From positions 806,001 through 870,000 of the forward strand of contig OZ024754.1 in NCBI GenBank assembly GCA_964016885.1: a stretch of DNA of 64,000 nt, read 5' to 3'. The notes under the pieces are model-generated. The model searched no databases. It worked only from the letters and a program-made list of their open reading frames with translations, and was not told where the DNA came from. Each line of letters opens with the position of its first letter. The stretch's first letter is position 1. The position numbers and the translations under genes are program-made. This document shows positions 50,110 to 61,313 of the stretch, one piece after another. The stretch is from Eledone cirrhosa. Lineage: Eukaryota.

Positions 50110-51726
50110 TAAAGATTCTTTAAAATAGGTGGTTTTGTTTGATAGAAAGAAGTGTTTTTGAGTGGGTTGCTATCAAAAGGGTTAAACCGGGGGATAGATT
50201 GCAGCATTCCTAGTTAATTTTCCTAGCAGTTGAGACCACTTGTGTTCTGGGTCCCTTATATTGGGATGGAGTTGGCCACCTGCATGGGTGAATCCTGTGA
50301 GTTGGAATGGCTTTTCCAGTGCATTTCTTGCTCTCCTCAGGAGTAATACAGTCTCTATTCTGTTTGCTGAGACCATGAGATAGCATATACCTCGAGTTCT
50401 GCACATCAAAGTGGCAGAGAAGATGAGCGGCCTGGCGACAACATTTTATCAACTGGTTTGTGTTGTTACTGTAAGCCATTATTGTGATATGTAGTCATAA
50501 ACTGGACAATCTTCTAACGCCCTCCTCCCCATACATATCAACGTAACACTACATGGGTTACAGGAGACAGACTAAAATAACATGACATTTTCTATGGAAT
50601 AACCTAGCTTGGTTTAAAAAGAATTTTTAATTTTAAAAAAAATGTCCCGTTGTGAAATAAAACAGAAGGTTGCAGGCACCACTTTTTAATACCATAATTT
50701 ATTGGAAAACTACATTTTTCAGGCTGTGGCATTCGAAACTTTTGATGGAGCTGAGCTGTCGAAACTTAGGTTTTTGACATGGTTGTCAGCGACCGAGCAC
50801 CTCCTACTGAAGGGTGTTTGACTATTCTAGAGCATTAGCAACGCTATCACTCGCGGTAATCCCTTGGGTGACTTAGCTTGGTCAAATGTTTTTAGAAAGG
50901 AAACACCAGCATTTTTTCTTGTGTAAAAGATTTTTTTATATATTTAACTAGCTGAATTACTCGGCGTTGCCCAGGTTACTGCTGTTCTTATTCAGATTAG
51001 TAAACAATAAATATGAAGATATCTTTTTTTTTCTCATAATTATTTCAAAATATCTATATTTTATTAAAAAAAAATATCAAAATTGTAATAATAGAATTTA
51101 GAAATTAAAATCTTGAAACACCTTAGGGTAAACAATATTCATTGTGTAATTTTTTGTTGGTGTCCAAATGAATAAATTGTTGCTACACACTCACACATAC
51201 ATATACTAAGACCGACACACACAGACATACATTCATGCAGACACACGCATAGCTTTTCACCTCATTTTTTTACAGTCGCTACATATGTGTAGATGTGTGT
51301 ATTTAATAACATACCTAATGAACACGCACACACTCATACATATTCATATACAAAATCTGATGTCGTGTTGTTTTCTATTGTTTTAATCCAAATGAAATAA
51401 AAATTCACACATACACTCACAGACTCACACATAGCCATACATTCAAGCACACCTATCTGTCATCACATATGTATCTGTATGTGTAGATGTGTGTGTGTGT
51501 GTGTGTGTGTGTGTTTAATTGTCTATATGTATGTGTAGATGTGTGTGTGTGTGTTTAATTTTCTGAGGTCTAATGTATGTAACAAACTCGCAAACAAACA
51601 CACACACACACACACACAATCACAGACACACTCATACAATGTGATTGGAAAAATTAAACTCAAAAGTGTAGTAACACGTATAAATAAAAAATCAAATATG
51701 ATTGTGAGTTGGGCACATGGAGCGGA

Positions 51727-51791
51727 TATTTTATTATATATATTTCAAGGGCAACCAAGGCAGTCTTGGTGCGCTTTCATCAGACAAAATA
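51727..51791 (-). ncRNA. Minimal type I hammerhead ribozyme (PLE type), minus-strand copy
   Basis: Exact reverse complement of 51902-51966. Confidence 0.8.
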
Positions 51792-51901
51792 CAAAATTTG
51801 TTTTATAAATAGTGACATAGCCATGGAAAACAACCTTGACGGTTGAAAATTCGTCAAGGTTGTTTTCCACGGCTATGTTACTATTTATAAAACAAATTTT
51901 G

Positions 51902-51966
51902 TATTTTGTCTGATGAAAGCGCACCAAGACTGCCTTGGTTGCCCTTGAAATATATATAATAAAATA
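51902..51966 (+). ncRNA. Minimal type I hammerhead ribozyme (PLE type), plus-strand copy
   Basis: Stem I UAUUUUGU/AUAAAAUA; CUGAUGA at 51910-51916; stem II AAG-C-GCA-CCAAG-ACUGC-CUUGG-U-UGC-C-CUU; GAAA at 51947-51950; palindromic UAUAUA stem III; AUA cleavage triplet at 51956-51958. Confidence 0.82.
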
Positions 51967-52004
51967 ATTATGGTTTTATAAATATAGTTTCCATTTATTA
52001 ATAT

Positions 52005-52040
<36 letters not shown>

Positions 52041-52207
52041 ATATTGTAACTTCTAATTGAGTTTGTTTGAGTGAATAATGACATATAATCAATATTAAAA
52101 CATCTTTTTAACTTTTAAACAGGCTCTTTATAGAAGTAGAAATAGAGAAAAAGTTTCTTTCAGCTAATATTTCACGTGTCTTTTATCCTTTTTTTATAAA
52201 TACCATT

Positions 52208-52402
52208 AATTGTTTCTATTTTAGGCTCAAGGCCAGCAATTACCCAGTACATTACTCGTACTTTATTTTATCGAAGAATGTTTCATCCGTAAAGATGAAA
52301 GGCAAAGTTAACCTCGGCCGGATTTGAACTCAGATCGTAAAGGGACGTAACTATGCTGGAAAGCATGTCCGACTCTCTACCGATACTGTCAACTCACCAC
52401 CC
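52208..52402 (-). mobile_element. tRNA-derived SINE
   Basis: Family consensus. Confidence 0.8.
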
Positions 52403-53031
52403 TTTAAATGCATTTACTTTATAACGAGATAGAAAATATGATTGCGTGAAGTTCGACTGTTTTTCAAGGAAAATAAGAGTAATCGAAACATTGTTTCAAA
52501 AGTTTTTTCTCTTCTCTGTTAAATGACTTTATTTTCCCCCGTGTGTTCTCACAGTAACGTTTACTATCGGCATGTTATGGATCAGCGAAGAATCTTTATG
52601 CGGTCGTTCGAATTACTAGTAATAGCACCCTACCATCTATAAAAATAAGACACATTAAATATAATAGTCCTCGGTACATTGTTTCTTGAAACACAGGCGG
52701 AATAGTCATGGCTGGAACGTTTAATTAAGGGCTTGCTGCTTATCAGCATATAATACACACATTCTTATATACACATAAGTAGGAATGTATTTGTTTGTAA
52801 ATAACATTAGAAATTGCTCACAATTCTTTTAAATACAATTAACTATTGCTAGGAACATCACAAATATAAAACACCAAAATCAGAGCGAGAGAAAGAAAAA
52901 AAAGGGGGAAGGACAAAAACGACACATGTTGAAAAAAAAATTGTCTAACCGTTTAACATTTTATATCCTGTGGGAATGCAAAAAACCAAAACAAAACAAA
53001 CAAAAGGCGAACTATATAAATTATATTATAC

Positions 53032-53096
53032 CTGTAAGCTCCGATGGCTTTTGGTGCATTGGCCGAGTTGATGATGCGTTTACAAATACTAGCCAT
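53032..53096 (-). CDS. RIDA: RidA (YjgF/YER057c/UK114 family 2-iminobutanoate/2-iminopropanoate deaminase) exon 1 (MASICKRIINSANAPKAIGAYS)
   Basis: AAC ATG G context, AP.AIG.YS motif, GT donor; spliced CDS is 408 nt = 135 aa. Confidence 0.95.
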
Positions 53097-53140
53097 GTTT
53101 TGTTGGATTCTCTAAGGGGTTTGGTACACAACACGGCTAC

Positions 53141-53181
53141 AACTGTAAGGTCGGCTATCTGACTGACTGCTGTTATATATA
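53141..53181 (-). promoter_or_regulatory. RidA core promoter: TATATAA (53173-53179) and Inr-like ACAGTT
   Basis: TATA about 30-35 nt upstream of the Inr-like motif and about 80 nt upstream of the ATG. Confidence 0.55.
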
Positions 53182-53208
53182 GTGTTGTTATCTAGTGGAA
53201 ATGTTACT

Positions 53209-53280
53209 GCACCACCCTCAGTCTCCTGTCACAGTCACCACCAGCACCACCCTCAGTCTCCTGTCACAGTCAGCACCACC
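53209..53280. repeat. 35-bp tandem duplication in the RidA proximal promoter
   Basis: GCACCACCCTCAGTCTCCTGTCACAGTCA at 53209 and 53244. Confidence 0.85.
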
Positions 53281-54178
53281 GCTATCGTAAACAGCTGGGG
53301 TTAACCAACAAGAAAGCATTTTACGTGGTCAATCGACCTGCTAAATATACCAGCAAAATTCTCGCAGATTACGACTTGCTTTATTAGAAAATTACCCGTT
53401 GGCTAATATGATCCTGGGTTCTCTGCATACAGGAAAAAGACAGGATGGTCACGACTGGAATATCTTTCATGATAGGTTTTCTTGATCAGAAGGGCTCACC
53501 TGGTGCTAAACAACGATATGAATAAGAACAACCAATAACAGACATCTAACCAAATTTATATCCTGCTACCAGCATGGTGTTGTATTTGTAATGAAGCCAC
53601 TTAGCTCTGAAATAGTTCAGTCTACCTAGCTGTAAGTAGGTACCACCAAGTAGAAACCAACTCGTTGCTATGAGTATAAGCAATAGGAAGCATTGTAAAA
53701 TGAACATTTTGTTGGCTTACAGTTTTGAATTCAACTACTGTATGTATAACTTTGAGAGATAAAGGATTCTATCAACTGCTCATCATAAATATACAGGTTG
53801 GTATCAAAATGGTTAAAATAAAATGCTTATTTGTATTGACTTTGAATAGTAATACAATGAAGATGCATATCTGACCACCAAACATCTGATTATGTAACAC
53901 TAGTGGTTTGTAGTTTAGTGTTTATGGTGCTGGGATCATGATTGTGAAGTTGGGAGTTTGATATCTGGTCAAGATTGTGTCCATGATATAAAGGACACTT
54001 TATTTCACATTGCTTCAATCCACTCAATGAGAAAAAATGAGATATACCTGTAAATTCAAAGGGCCAACCTTGTCACACACTGTATCATATTGAATCTCCC
54101 TGAGAACTACGTTAAAGGTGCATGTGTCGGTGGAATACTGAACCACGTGGTTCAGTATTCCACATTAATTTATATAAT

Positions 54179-54360
54179 TGTTTGTACTTTTGGTACAAGG
54201 CCAGCAATTACCCAGTGCATTACTGGTACTTTATTTTATCGACCCCGTAAGGATGAAAGGCAAAGTTAACCTCGGCGGGATTTGAACGCAGAATGGCAAG
54301 GGCCGTAACTCTATGCGTCAAAGCATGGCGTCCGATCCTCCACCGATACTGCCAATCCAC
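54179..54360 (-). mobile_element. tRNA-derived SINE with 18-bp TSD
   Basis: CACATTAATTTATATAAT at 54161-54178 and 54361-54378. Confidence 0.9.
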
Positions 54361-54846
54361 CACATTAATTTATATAATGTCTTATATATATATCAACAGT
54401 ATTTATTTACAGCTTGGTGAGCTGGGTTAACAAGTGATAAATGATTTTTCCCTAGTAAGGTAGCAGTAATGATGGGATAAGAGCTGTAAATGACCCTTCA
54501 GCTGATAACCCTATCAACTTATTCAACTACTTGTGGTTCCTACACAAAGAAAAGAAGTGTAGATTATTGCTACATGGGAAGATTGGCAGATGGTTTTCCA
54601 CAATTAAATCTAATCCCTCCTACGTTTAGCACAGGCTCTTATCAAATATACTCCCAACAGGCACCCTAGTGTGGAAGTAACTTCTTGATATGGACACAGA
54701 CATGGCTGAGTGGTTAAGAAGTTTGTTTGACAATCATAAGAGCTATGGTTTAATTCCACTGTGTAGCATCTTGGGAAAGTTTCTTTTACCATAGCTGCAT
54801 GTTGATCCAACCATATGAATAAAATTGGGTAACACACTGTATAGAA

Positions 54847-54990
54847 CAGTCACGGGCAAACTGCAGGCCATTTGGCTTTCTGAATGGCACGCCTAATTTC
54901 AAAATTGCCTTGAAGTTTTTAGTAGTGTGGCCCACCTTATGAGCCACATCCTATATGGCCCACTGCTAAAAAAAGATTGTCCATGCCCAA
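54847..54990. mobile_element. hAT-type MITE
   Basis: Flanked by TATAGAA repeats; homolog of 12173-12337. Confidence 0.6.
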
Positions 54991-56080
54991 TATAGAAGCT
55001 GATTGCATGGATAGTACTTTTAATTCGAAGGTCCAGCTTTGTGCACTGTGTCACACTGATTCTGCTTGGACTGGTACCTTATTTCATTGACCTTGAAGGG
55101 ATGAAAGCAAAGATGACCATGGTAGGGCTTGAACTTAGCCAGAACTGATACCACAAAATATTCTATCCACCACTCTAATGACCCCGACAACCATTTATCA
55201 ACTGCTTATTATGGTGATGGCATCTCAAAATACTTTAATTGAAATAATTATTATTTATAGAGCTGTTGACCATTTTGCAGAATTGTTAGAGCATTGGACA
55301 ACATGCTTTGTGGCATATAGTTACGGCCCTTTATGTTCTGAGTCCAGCCGAGATTAGCTAACGGCTTTCAATAAAATAAAGTACCAGTAACATCCTGGGG
55401 TCAATTTAATTGACTCTCCCCTTTCCTTCAAATTGCTGGCCTTGTGCCTAAATCAGAAACCATTATTAGTTTGTTAAGGGCGGTAGATTGGCAGAATCGT
55501 TAGAGCATGGACATAAAGTTACAGCCCTTTATGTTCTGAGTTCAAATCCTACTGACATTGGCTTTGCCTTTCATCCTTATGGGGTTGATAAAATAAAGTA
55601 CCAGTAATGCACTGGAGTCAATTTAATTGACTTTCTCCTGTTGACTTGTGCCTAAATCAGAAGTCATTACTAGTTTGTTATAAATTGTAAAATGCTTCGG
55701 ATGGATTACCATATTTCTAATAAAAGATATTGTCTATAATTTTCAATAGAATTATATTCATATAAGACTCTGGGATTGCAGTTGTGGGGAAAATTGACAT
55801 TTTGAAAAATGATTCCAAAATTTGTTATCAGTTAGAATCAGGTTTAAAAAAATATATATATATCAAACAACAAAATAACAAAAAGAAGATAACAATAAAA
55901 AAGAAACTAATAGATTGTCATTGAAAAGATATATTGTGACCTTTCTTGAGAGAGATTGGTGTGTGTGGGGGTGGGGTGGAGAAATAAAACAAAAACAAAG
56001 CTATTAGCTACATGAACCACTTACTGTGACCCAATATACATTGTTAACTGTGAGTATGCTATAAATTCACCAAGATTATT

Positions 56081-56240
56081 GGTGGATTGGCAGTATCGGT
56101 AGAGGGTTGGACGCCATGCTTTGACGCATGGAGTTACGCCGAGGTTAACTTTGCCTTTCATCCTTACGGGGTCGATAAAATAAAGTACCAGTAATACACT
56201 GGGTAATTTGCTGGCCTTGTGCCAAAAGTAGAAACAATTA
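56081..56240 (+). mobile_element. tRNA-derived SINE with internal deletion removing the B box
   Basis: Family consensus; GAGTTAC is joined directly to GCCGAGG. Confidence 0.8.
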
Positions 56241-56309
56241 TTATTATGTTCTAGATAAATCTAAATCTTAGAATAATTGGGCAGGATTAAAACAAGGATT
56301 ATGTTGTGC

Positions 56310-56700
56310 TGACTTTAACCCTTTTGGTAGTAACCATCCAAAAACTGTTTTTAGTCTATGTTAGAAATGATTAGAGAAGTATATAGGGCTGTCTTTAACC
56401 CTTTTGGTAGAAACCATCCCAAAACTGTCCCAAATCTATGTTAGAAATGGTTATGAAGAGAGAAGTATATAGGGTTGGTAGCAACCACCCCTAAACTGTC
56501 TCTAATCTATGTTAGAAATGGTTAGAGAAGTATATAGGGCTGTCTTTAACCCTATTGATAGTAACCATCCTAAAATTGTCTCTAAAGTATATTGGGGCTG
56601 TCTTTAACCCTTTTGGTAGCAACCATCCCCAAACTGTCTTTAAACTATGTTAGAAATGGTTAGAGAAGTATATATCGTAGGACTGTCTTTAACCCTTTTC
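56310..56700. repeat. ~80-bp minisatellite
   Basis: Units CTGTCTTTAACCCTTTTGGTAG..CTATGTTAGAAATGGTTAGAGAAGTATATAGGG, about 5-6 copies, some partial. Confidence 0.85.
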
Positions 56701-56900
56701 GGACCGGTCGCCGTCGAGACCTCAGGTGTCCTTTGTGCCCGCACTGCTGATTTCCTTCGAAAATCGGAAAAACAGAACCCGTTAGGTGGGGTGGCTATTG
56801 CAGAAGGTGTCACTGGCCATTCTCTGCGGCAAACCTTTACCATTTTGTCTGCAGGGGGCAGCTGTAACATCGCTCAGACTGGGGTGTAGAGTATGTCGCT
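56701..56900 (+). mobile_element. CRE-like retrotransposon 3' fragment
   Basis: PVAVETSGVL..LSAG, homologous to the 42488-42715 ORF. Confidence 0.65.
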
Positions 56901-56991
56901 CCCTTTCTTTGGTTGCTTCTTTCCTTTTTACTATTTTCCCTTTCTTTTTTGTTTCCTTATTGCCATGTATATTGTACCGTTATTTCATTAT

Positions 56992-57166
56992 TGGATTGGC
57001 AGTATCGGTAGAGGGTCGGATGCCATGCTTTGAATCATAGAGTTACCTCCCTGTATGATATGAGTTCAAATCCCGCCGCGGTTAACTTTCATCCTTCCGG
57101 GGTCGATAGAATAAAGTACCAGTAATACATTGGGTAATTGCTGGCCTTGTGCCAAAAGTAGAAACA
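56992..57166 (+). mobile_element. tRNA-derived SINE with 13-bp TSD
   Basis: GTTATTTCATTAT at 56979-56991 and 57167-57179. Confidence 0.88.
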
Positions 57167-57185
57167 GTTATTTCATTATCACATT

Positions 57186-58200
57186 GGCACTACAACGGAA
57201 TTGGCTATCAGAAGTGTAAGTAGAAGAATGTGACGTTAATCTGACGTCATTCGTCAACCTTCGTTTATTTCCGTATCACCACCACCACCATGTGTAAATA
57301 AATAAACTTTGAAATCACCACGTTGATGCAAAACTTGGTTTTTCACTTTGGGATAATACACCTATTTGCAACTTGAAAAATATGAATTCTACATTATACC
57401 CCAGCGTAAATGGAATTAATCATCGCGATATTTCCATCGCTACCGCTACTACAGCAGATACCATTAATTGGTTGAAAAAACATGGACTTACTCCTGTATG
57501 TTATTAAAAGGTTCCCGAGTAGTACAGTAAATTATAGCCTTTATGAACGGAACTATGCAATGAAAGTATTTTTAATAAGTGTATCTCATCGTAAACGTAT
57601 CTCTTAGAAATTCATAAATGGCTGTGTAAACCCTTACACTTTAAAACAAAATTACAAACCAATTATGTGGTCATTGAAGTTGCTAGAAATAGCAGGCAAA
57701 TCTTATACCCTCTACCACATGAAAGAACTCGTTAATATTTATTGAAATATTCGAAGGGTTGCTGCTTCGGACGTGATAAAAAGGAAATTATATAGAGAAT
57801 TTTAAATATTTCGAAAGCACAAGCAATCGTCAAGGACTTTATATACTAATTCCTTTCTTTCTGTGTTCGTGGCAGCTGAGTATCAACCATCCATAAATAA
57901 TTTTTACCCGCTAAGAATCTCAATGGGGGAAATTTTCTTCAATTTCTGCCAGTATTACAAATTGTAGTTACCCGCGTTAAATTGTTTTTCTCTAAAAGAA
58001 AGTCGGTAGTGTCGGCCCCATGAACTTCATTTGTTTTTTTAATTTGATAACTATGACTATGCATCAACGTGGTGATTTCAAAGTTTATTTATTTACACAT
58101 GGTGGTGGTGGGGATACGGAAATAAACGAAGGTTTGACGATTGAGAAGGTTGACGAATTCTTCTACTTTCACTTCTGACAGCCAATTCCGTTGTAGTGCC
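57186..58200. mobile_element. Non-autonomous DNA transposon with ~145-bp TIRs and 8-bp TSD (Mutator- or Merlin-like)
   Basis: Ends GGCACTACAACGGAATTGGC / GCCAATTCCGTTGTAGTGCC; TIRs 57186-57330 and 58060-58200; ATCACATT at 57178-57185 and 58201-58208. Confidence 0.85.
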
Positions 58201-58372
58201 ATCACATTTTCTGTATTCTTTGTAGCAGACGATACGATACAGTATGTCTGAAAATAAAATAAAAACGAGATGATCGCGGTTAGAACGTTCCCGCTTATAG
58301 TTAGTTCTACTGCATCGGGGCAATTTTTGTAGCAAAAAGAAATAACTGACACCGGTTACTGAGAAACCGGTG

Positions 58373-58434
58373 TTAGTTGTTCCTTTTTGCTCCAATTAAC
58401 AAGCAGCTTTCATTTGAAAATTACATCTTGCCAC
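58373..58434 (+). other. POP1: Putative non-coding first exon of POP1
   Basis: Inr-like TTAGTT at 58373 and GTGAGT donor at 58435; the ATG exon has an acceptor at 60480, so an upstream exon is needed. Confidence 0.5.
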
Positions 58435-58810
58435 GTGAGTTCAAACAAGTTTTGTAGAATTTTAATTATCTTACAAATTCCTCTCAGCAAATAATGAACG
58501 ATGAGCACTGTTAGTCTGAAGACAATATCAATTTTGGTTTTTAATTTTCGAAGTTTATCTCATATTTGTTTATATCTCTGACATTTGTTATAGTTTATTA
58601 AAAAAAGAACTACCTTATTTAATGTTTTGAAATAAAAGTTGTTTAGGGGTGACAATCAAGTCTTTTTATATACATTGTTCCTGGCGTCATGTTTTGTTTA
58701 AGACGGAATGTGATTTAAGGTAGATTTACGGACGATTTCTTGCAGGTTGACAGCCACCACGCACAGGCCCCTTTATTAGCTCGAGAATAAATATTTGTCG
58801 TTTTTGCTTA

Positions 58811-59866
58811 TCTTTATATATATAAAATCCTTTTCTCTCTGGCTGTCCATATGCATTCTCAAACTGCTGGACCAATACAAATCAAAATTTACAAGGTATT
58901 AGACCTCGGGTGTGTCAACATGTAATTTTTATTTTCATTTGGTCTCTTTATATATAAAATTCTTTGTCTGTCTGTTCCTATGCATTCTCAAACGGCTGGA
59001 CCAAAACAAATGAAATTATTAGTATTAGACCCTGGGAGTGTCAGCATGTAATTTTTTATTTTCATTTGGATTAAAACAATATGACATTTTAACTAAAATA
59101 ACCTTTCTATAGCGAACTATAGTAAACCACGACGACGAATCACATTTTGTATGAGTGTGCGAGTTCGTTACGTACGTTATGCCTCAGAATTAAACACACA
59201 CACACATCTACACAAGTAATAGGTGTGCGTGAATGTATGTCTGTGTGTGTCTGTACTAAGACATGTATGTGAGAGTATATGTGTGTGTATGTGTGATAAC
59301 TTTTATTTTAACATTAGGCTTGAGAGAATTAAACGCACACACACCTACACATACATATGTGATGACACACAGGTGTGCGTGAATGTATGTCAGTGTTTGT
59401 CTTAGTATATGTATGTGAGTGTATGTATGATCATTTTTATTTTCATTTGGATTAAAACACGTCACATTTTGTATATGAATATGTATGTGTCTGAGTGTGT
59501 TCGCGTTCATTAGGTACGTTATTAAATACATACATATACACGTATGTAGTGACTGACCGAAAATGAGGTGAAAAACTATACATGTCTGAGTATATGTAAA
59601 TGAGAGTGTGTAGCAACAATTTATTCATTTGGACACCAACAAAAAATTACACAATGAATATTGTTTACCCTAAGGTGCTTCAAGATTGACAGATTTTCAT
59701 TTTTAAATTCTGTTATTACAATTTTGATATTTTTTAATAAAATATAGATATTTTGAAATAATTATGAGGAAAAAAAAAGATATCTTCATATATATCTTCA
59801 TATTTATTGTTTACTAATCTAAATAAGAACAACAGTAACCCAGACAAGGCCGGGTAATTTAGCTAG
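58811..59866 (+). mobile_element. Non-autonomous Helitron with duplicated 5' end
   Basis: A|TCTTTATATATATAAAA start (repeated at ~58945); hairpin CCCAGACAAGGCCGGG and CTAG|T end. Confidence 0.8.
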
Positions 59867-60349
59867 TTTACTATATGTTACTGAGGAACTAAGCACCAGT
59901 GTGTGTTAGGTAATATGTAAACAACAAAAATACAAGCTTAAATGGAACCTTACATTACGTTACTATCTTAGTAATGAAATTAATAATTTTAATAAATCCT
60001 TCAAAATTCTTCATTAATTAATTAAAATAGAGTGTATTTCATTAGAAATATTGTCATGAAAGGGTTAAATAAATTGATTGGCTGCAGTTTTCCAATTAAT
60101 GGCTGATTCTCTTAGGTACATTGCTGTACATATTTCTTTTTGCAACATTCATCATCATTATTGTCGTTTTTACATCAACCTTTCCATGATGGCATGGGAT
60201 TTTTTAAGACAATGTTTTATAGTTGGATGTCTTTGACACCAACTCTTTTAGTTGCACCTTACAATATGCAGTGATACAGTGTATCTATTCTAAAAACTGT
60301 GACACATGGGATACATGTGGAAGGCATTTATATAATATAGTGCTAGTTA

Positions 60350-60396
60350 TCCCATGTGGTCTAGTGGTTAGGATTCCTGGCTTTCATCCAGGCGGC
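60350..60396 (+). pseudogene. 3'-truncated tRNA-Glu(TTC) pseudogene
   Basis: TCCCATGTGGTCTAGTGGTTAGGATTCCTGGCTTTCATCCAGGCGGC = acceptor 5' strand, D arm, anticodon arm (CCTGG/CCAGG, TTC) and variable loop; T arm and 3' acceptor strand are missing. Confidence 0.85.
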
Positions 60397-60497
60397 ATTT
60401 TAACACGGATTTTTTTATTTTTAGTTCTACTCATTCTAGCATGGAACTATAACATTTTCTTCATTTAAAGTTTATTTCAGACTTATAGCTGATCAAA

Positions 60498-60576
60498 ATG
60501 TGTGACAGGATTAATAAGAAAAGAAAGTTTTCTGAAATGGAATCAAGAAATCAATCAAATGATACATTGCCTTCAT
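60498..60576 (+). CDS. POP1: POP1 first coding exon (MCDRINKKRKFSEMESRNQSNDTLPS)
   Basis: Acceptor at 60479-60480, CAAA ATG, KKRK NLS-like motif, phase-1 GTAAGT donor compatible with the next exon. Confidence 0.8.
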
Positions 60577-61130
60577 GTAAGTATAAATAATATTGATCTC
60601 TAACATAGTTTCAAGACTTCAAATTTAGTAGAGGGATGTAATCAATTTTATTGATCCCAATACTAGACTGATACTTTATTTTATTGACCTCAGAAGGATG
60701 AAAGGCAAAGTTACTTCTTGCAGGATTTGAACTCAGAATGTAAATAATTACTGTGTCTGACACTACAGTTTCTACCACATGCCCATAGTACCGGAGTCGT
60801 GATTTCTCAATTCAGAGAAGTAGCAACTCTACCTGGAGTAACTCTCTGATCTCCAGGTTACGCAACTATCGAGTAACATTACTCCAAAGACCTTCCGGAA
60901 GAACCCCATTTCGTCCGCTTGTATTCGTGATCGTATTCTTTCGGTCAAAATTGCAATCTGAAAAAAATGCTTCTACTTTTGGCCTTTTATCTGTAGATAG
61001 TTTGTCTCAATTTCATTCAAATGTTACACTGTTATGTCTCATTTTAAACACTTTTCACACATTGGTGAACTACATTATTTTAAAACAAGACTTTATATAA
61101 AATGTTTTTCTCCAGCATTATTTATACCAG

Positions 61131-61313
61131 GTGGATTGGCAGTATTGGTAGAGGGTCGGACGCCATGCTTTGACGCATAGAGTTACAGCCTTTTATGATC
61201 TGAGTTCAAATCCCGCCGAGGTTAACTTTGCCTTTCATCCTTACGGGGTCGATAAAATAAAGTACCAGTAATGCACTGGGTAATTGGTGGCCTTGTGCCA
61301 AAAAGTAGAAACA
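61131..61313 (+). mobile_element. tRNA-derived SINE with TSD
   Basis: ATTATTTATACCAGG on both sides. Confidence 0.88.

Larger units (their letters stand above)
50948..52041 (-). mobile_element. Non-autonomous Helitron interrupted by the PLE-derived palindrome
   Basis: 50948-51600 is the inverted homolog of 59040-59866; CTAG at 50948; TCTTATATATA 5' end at 52041. Confidence 0.7.
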
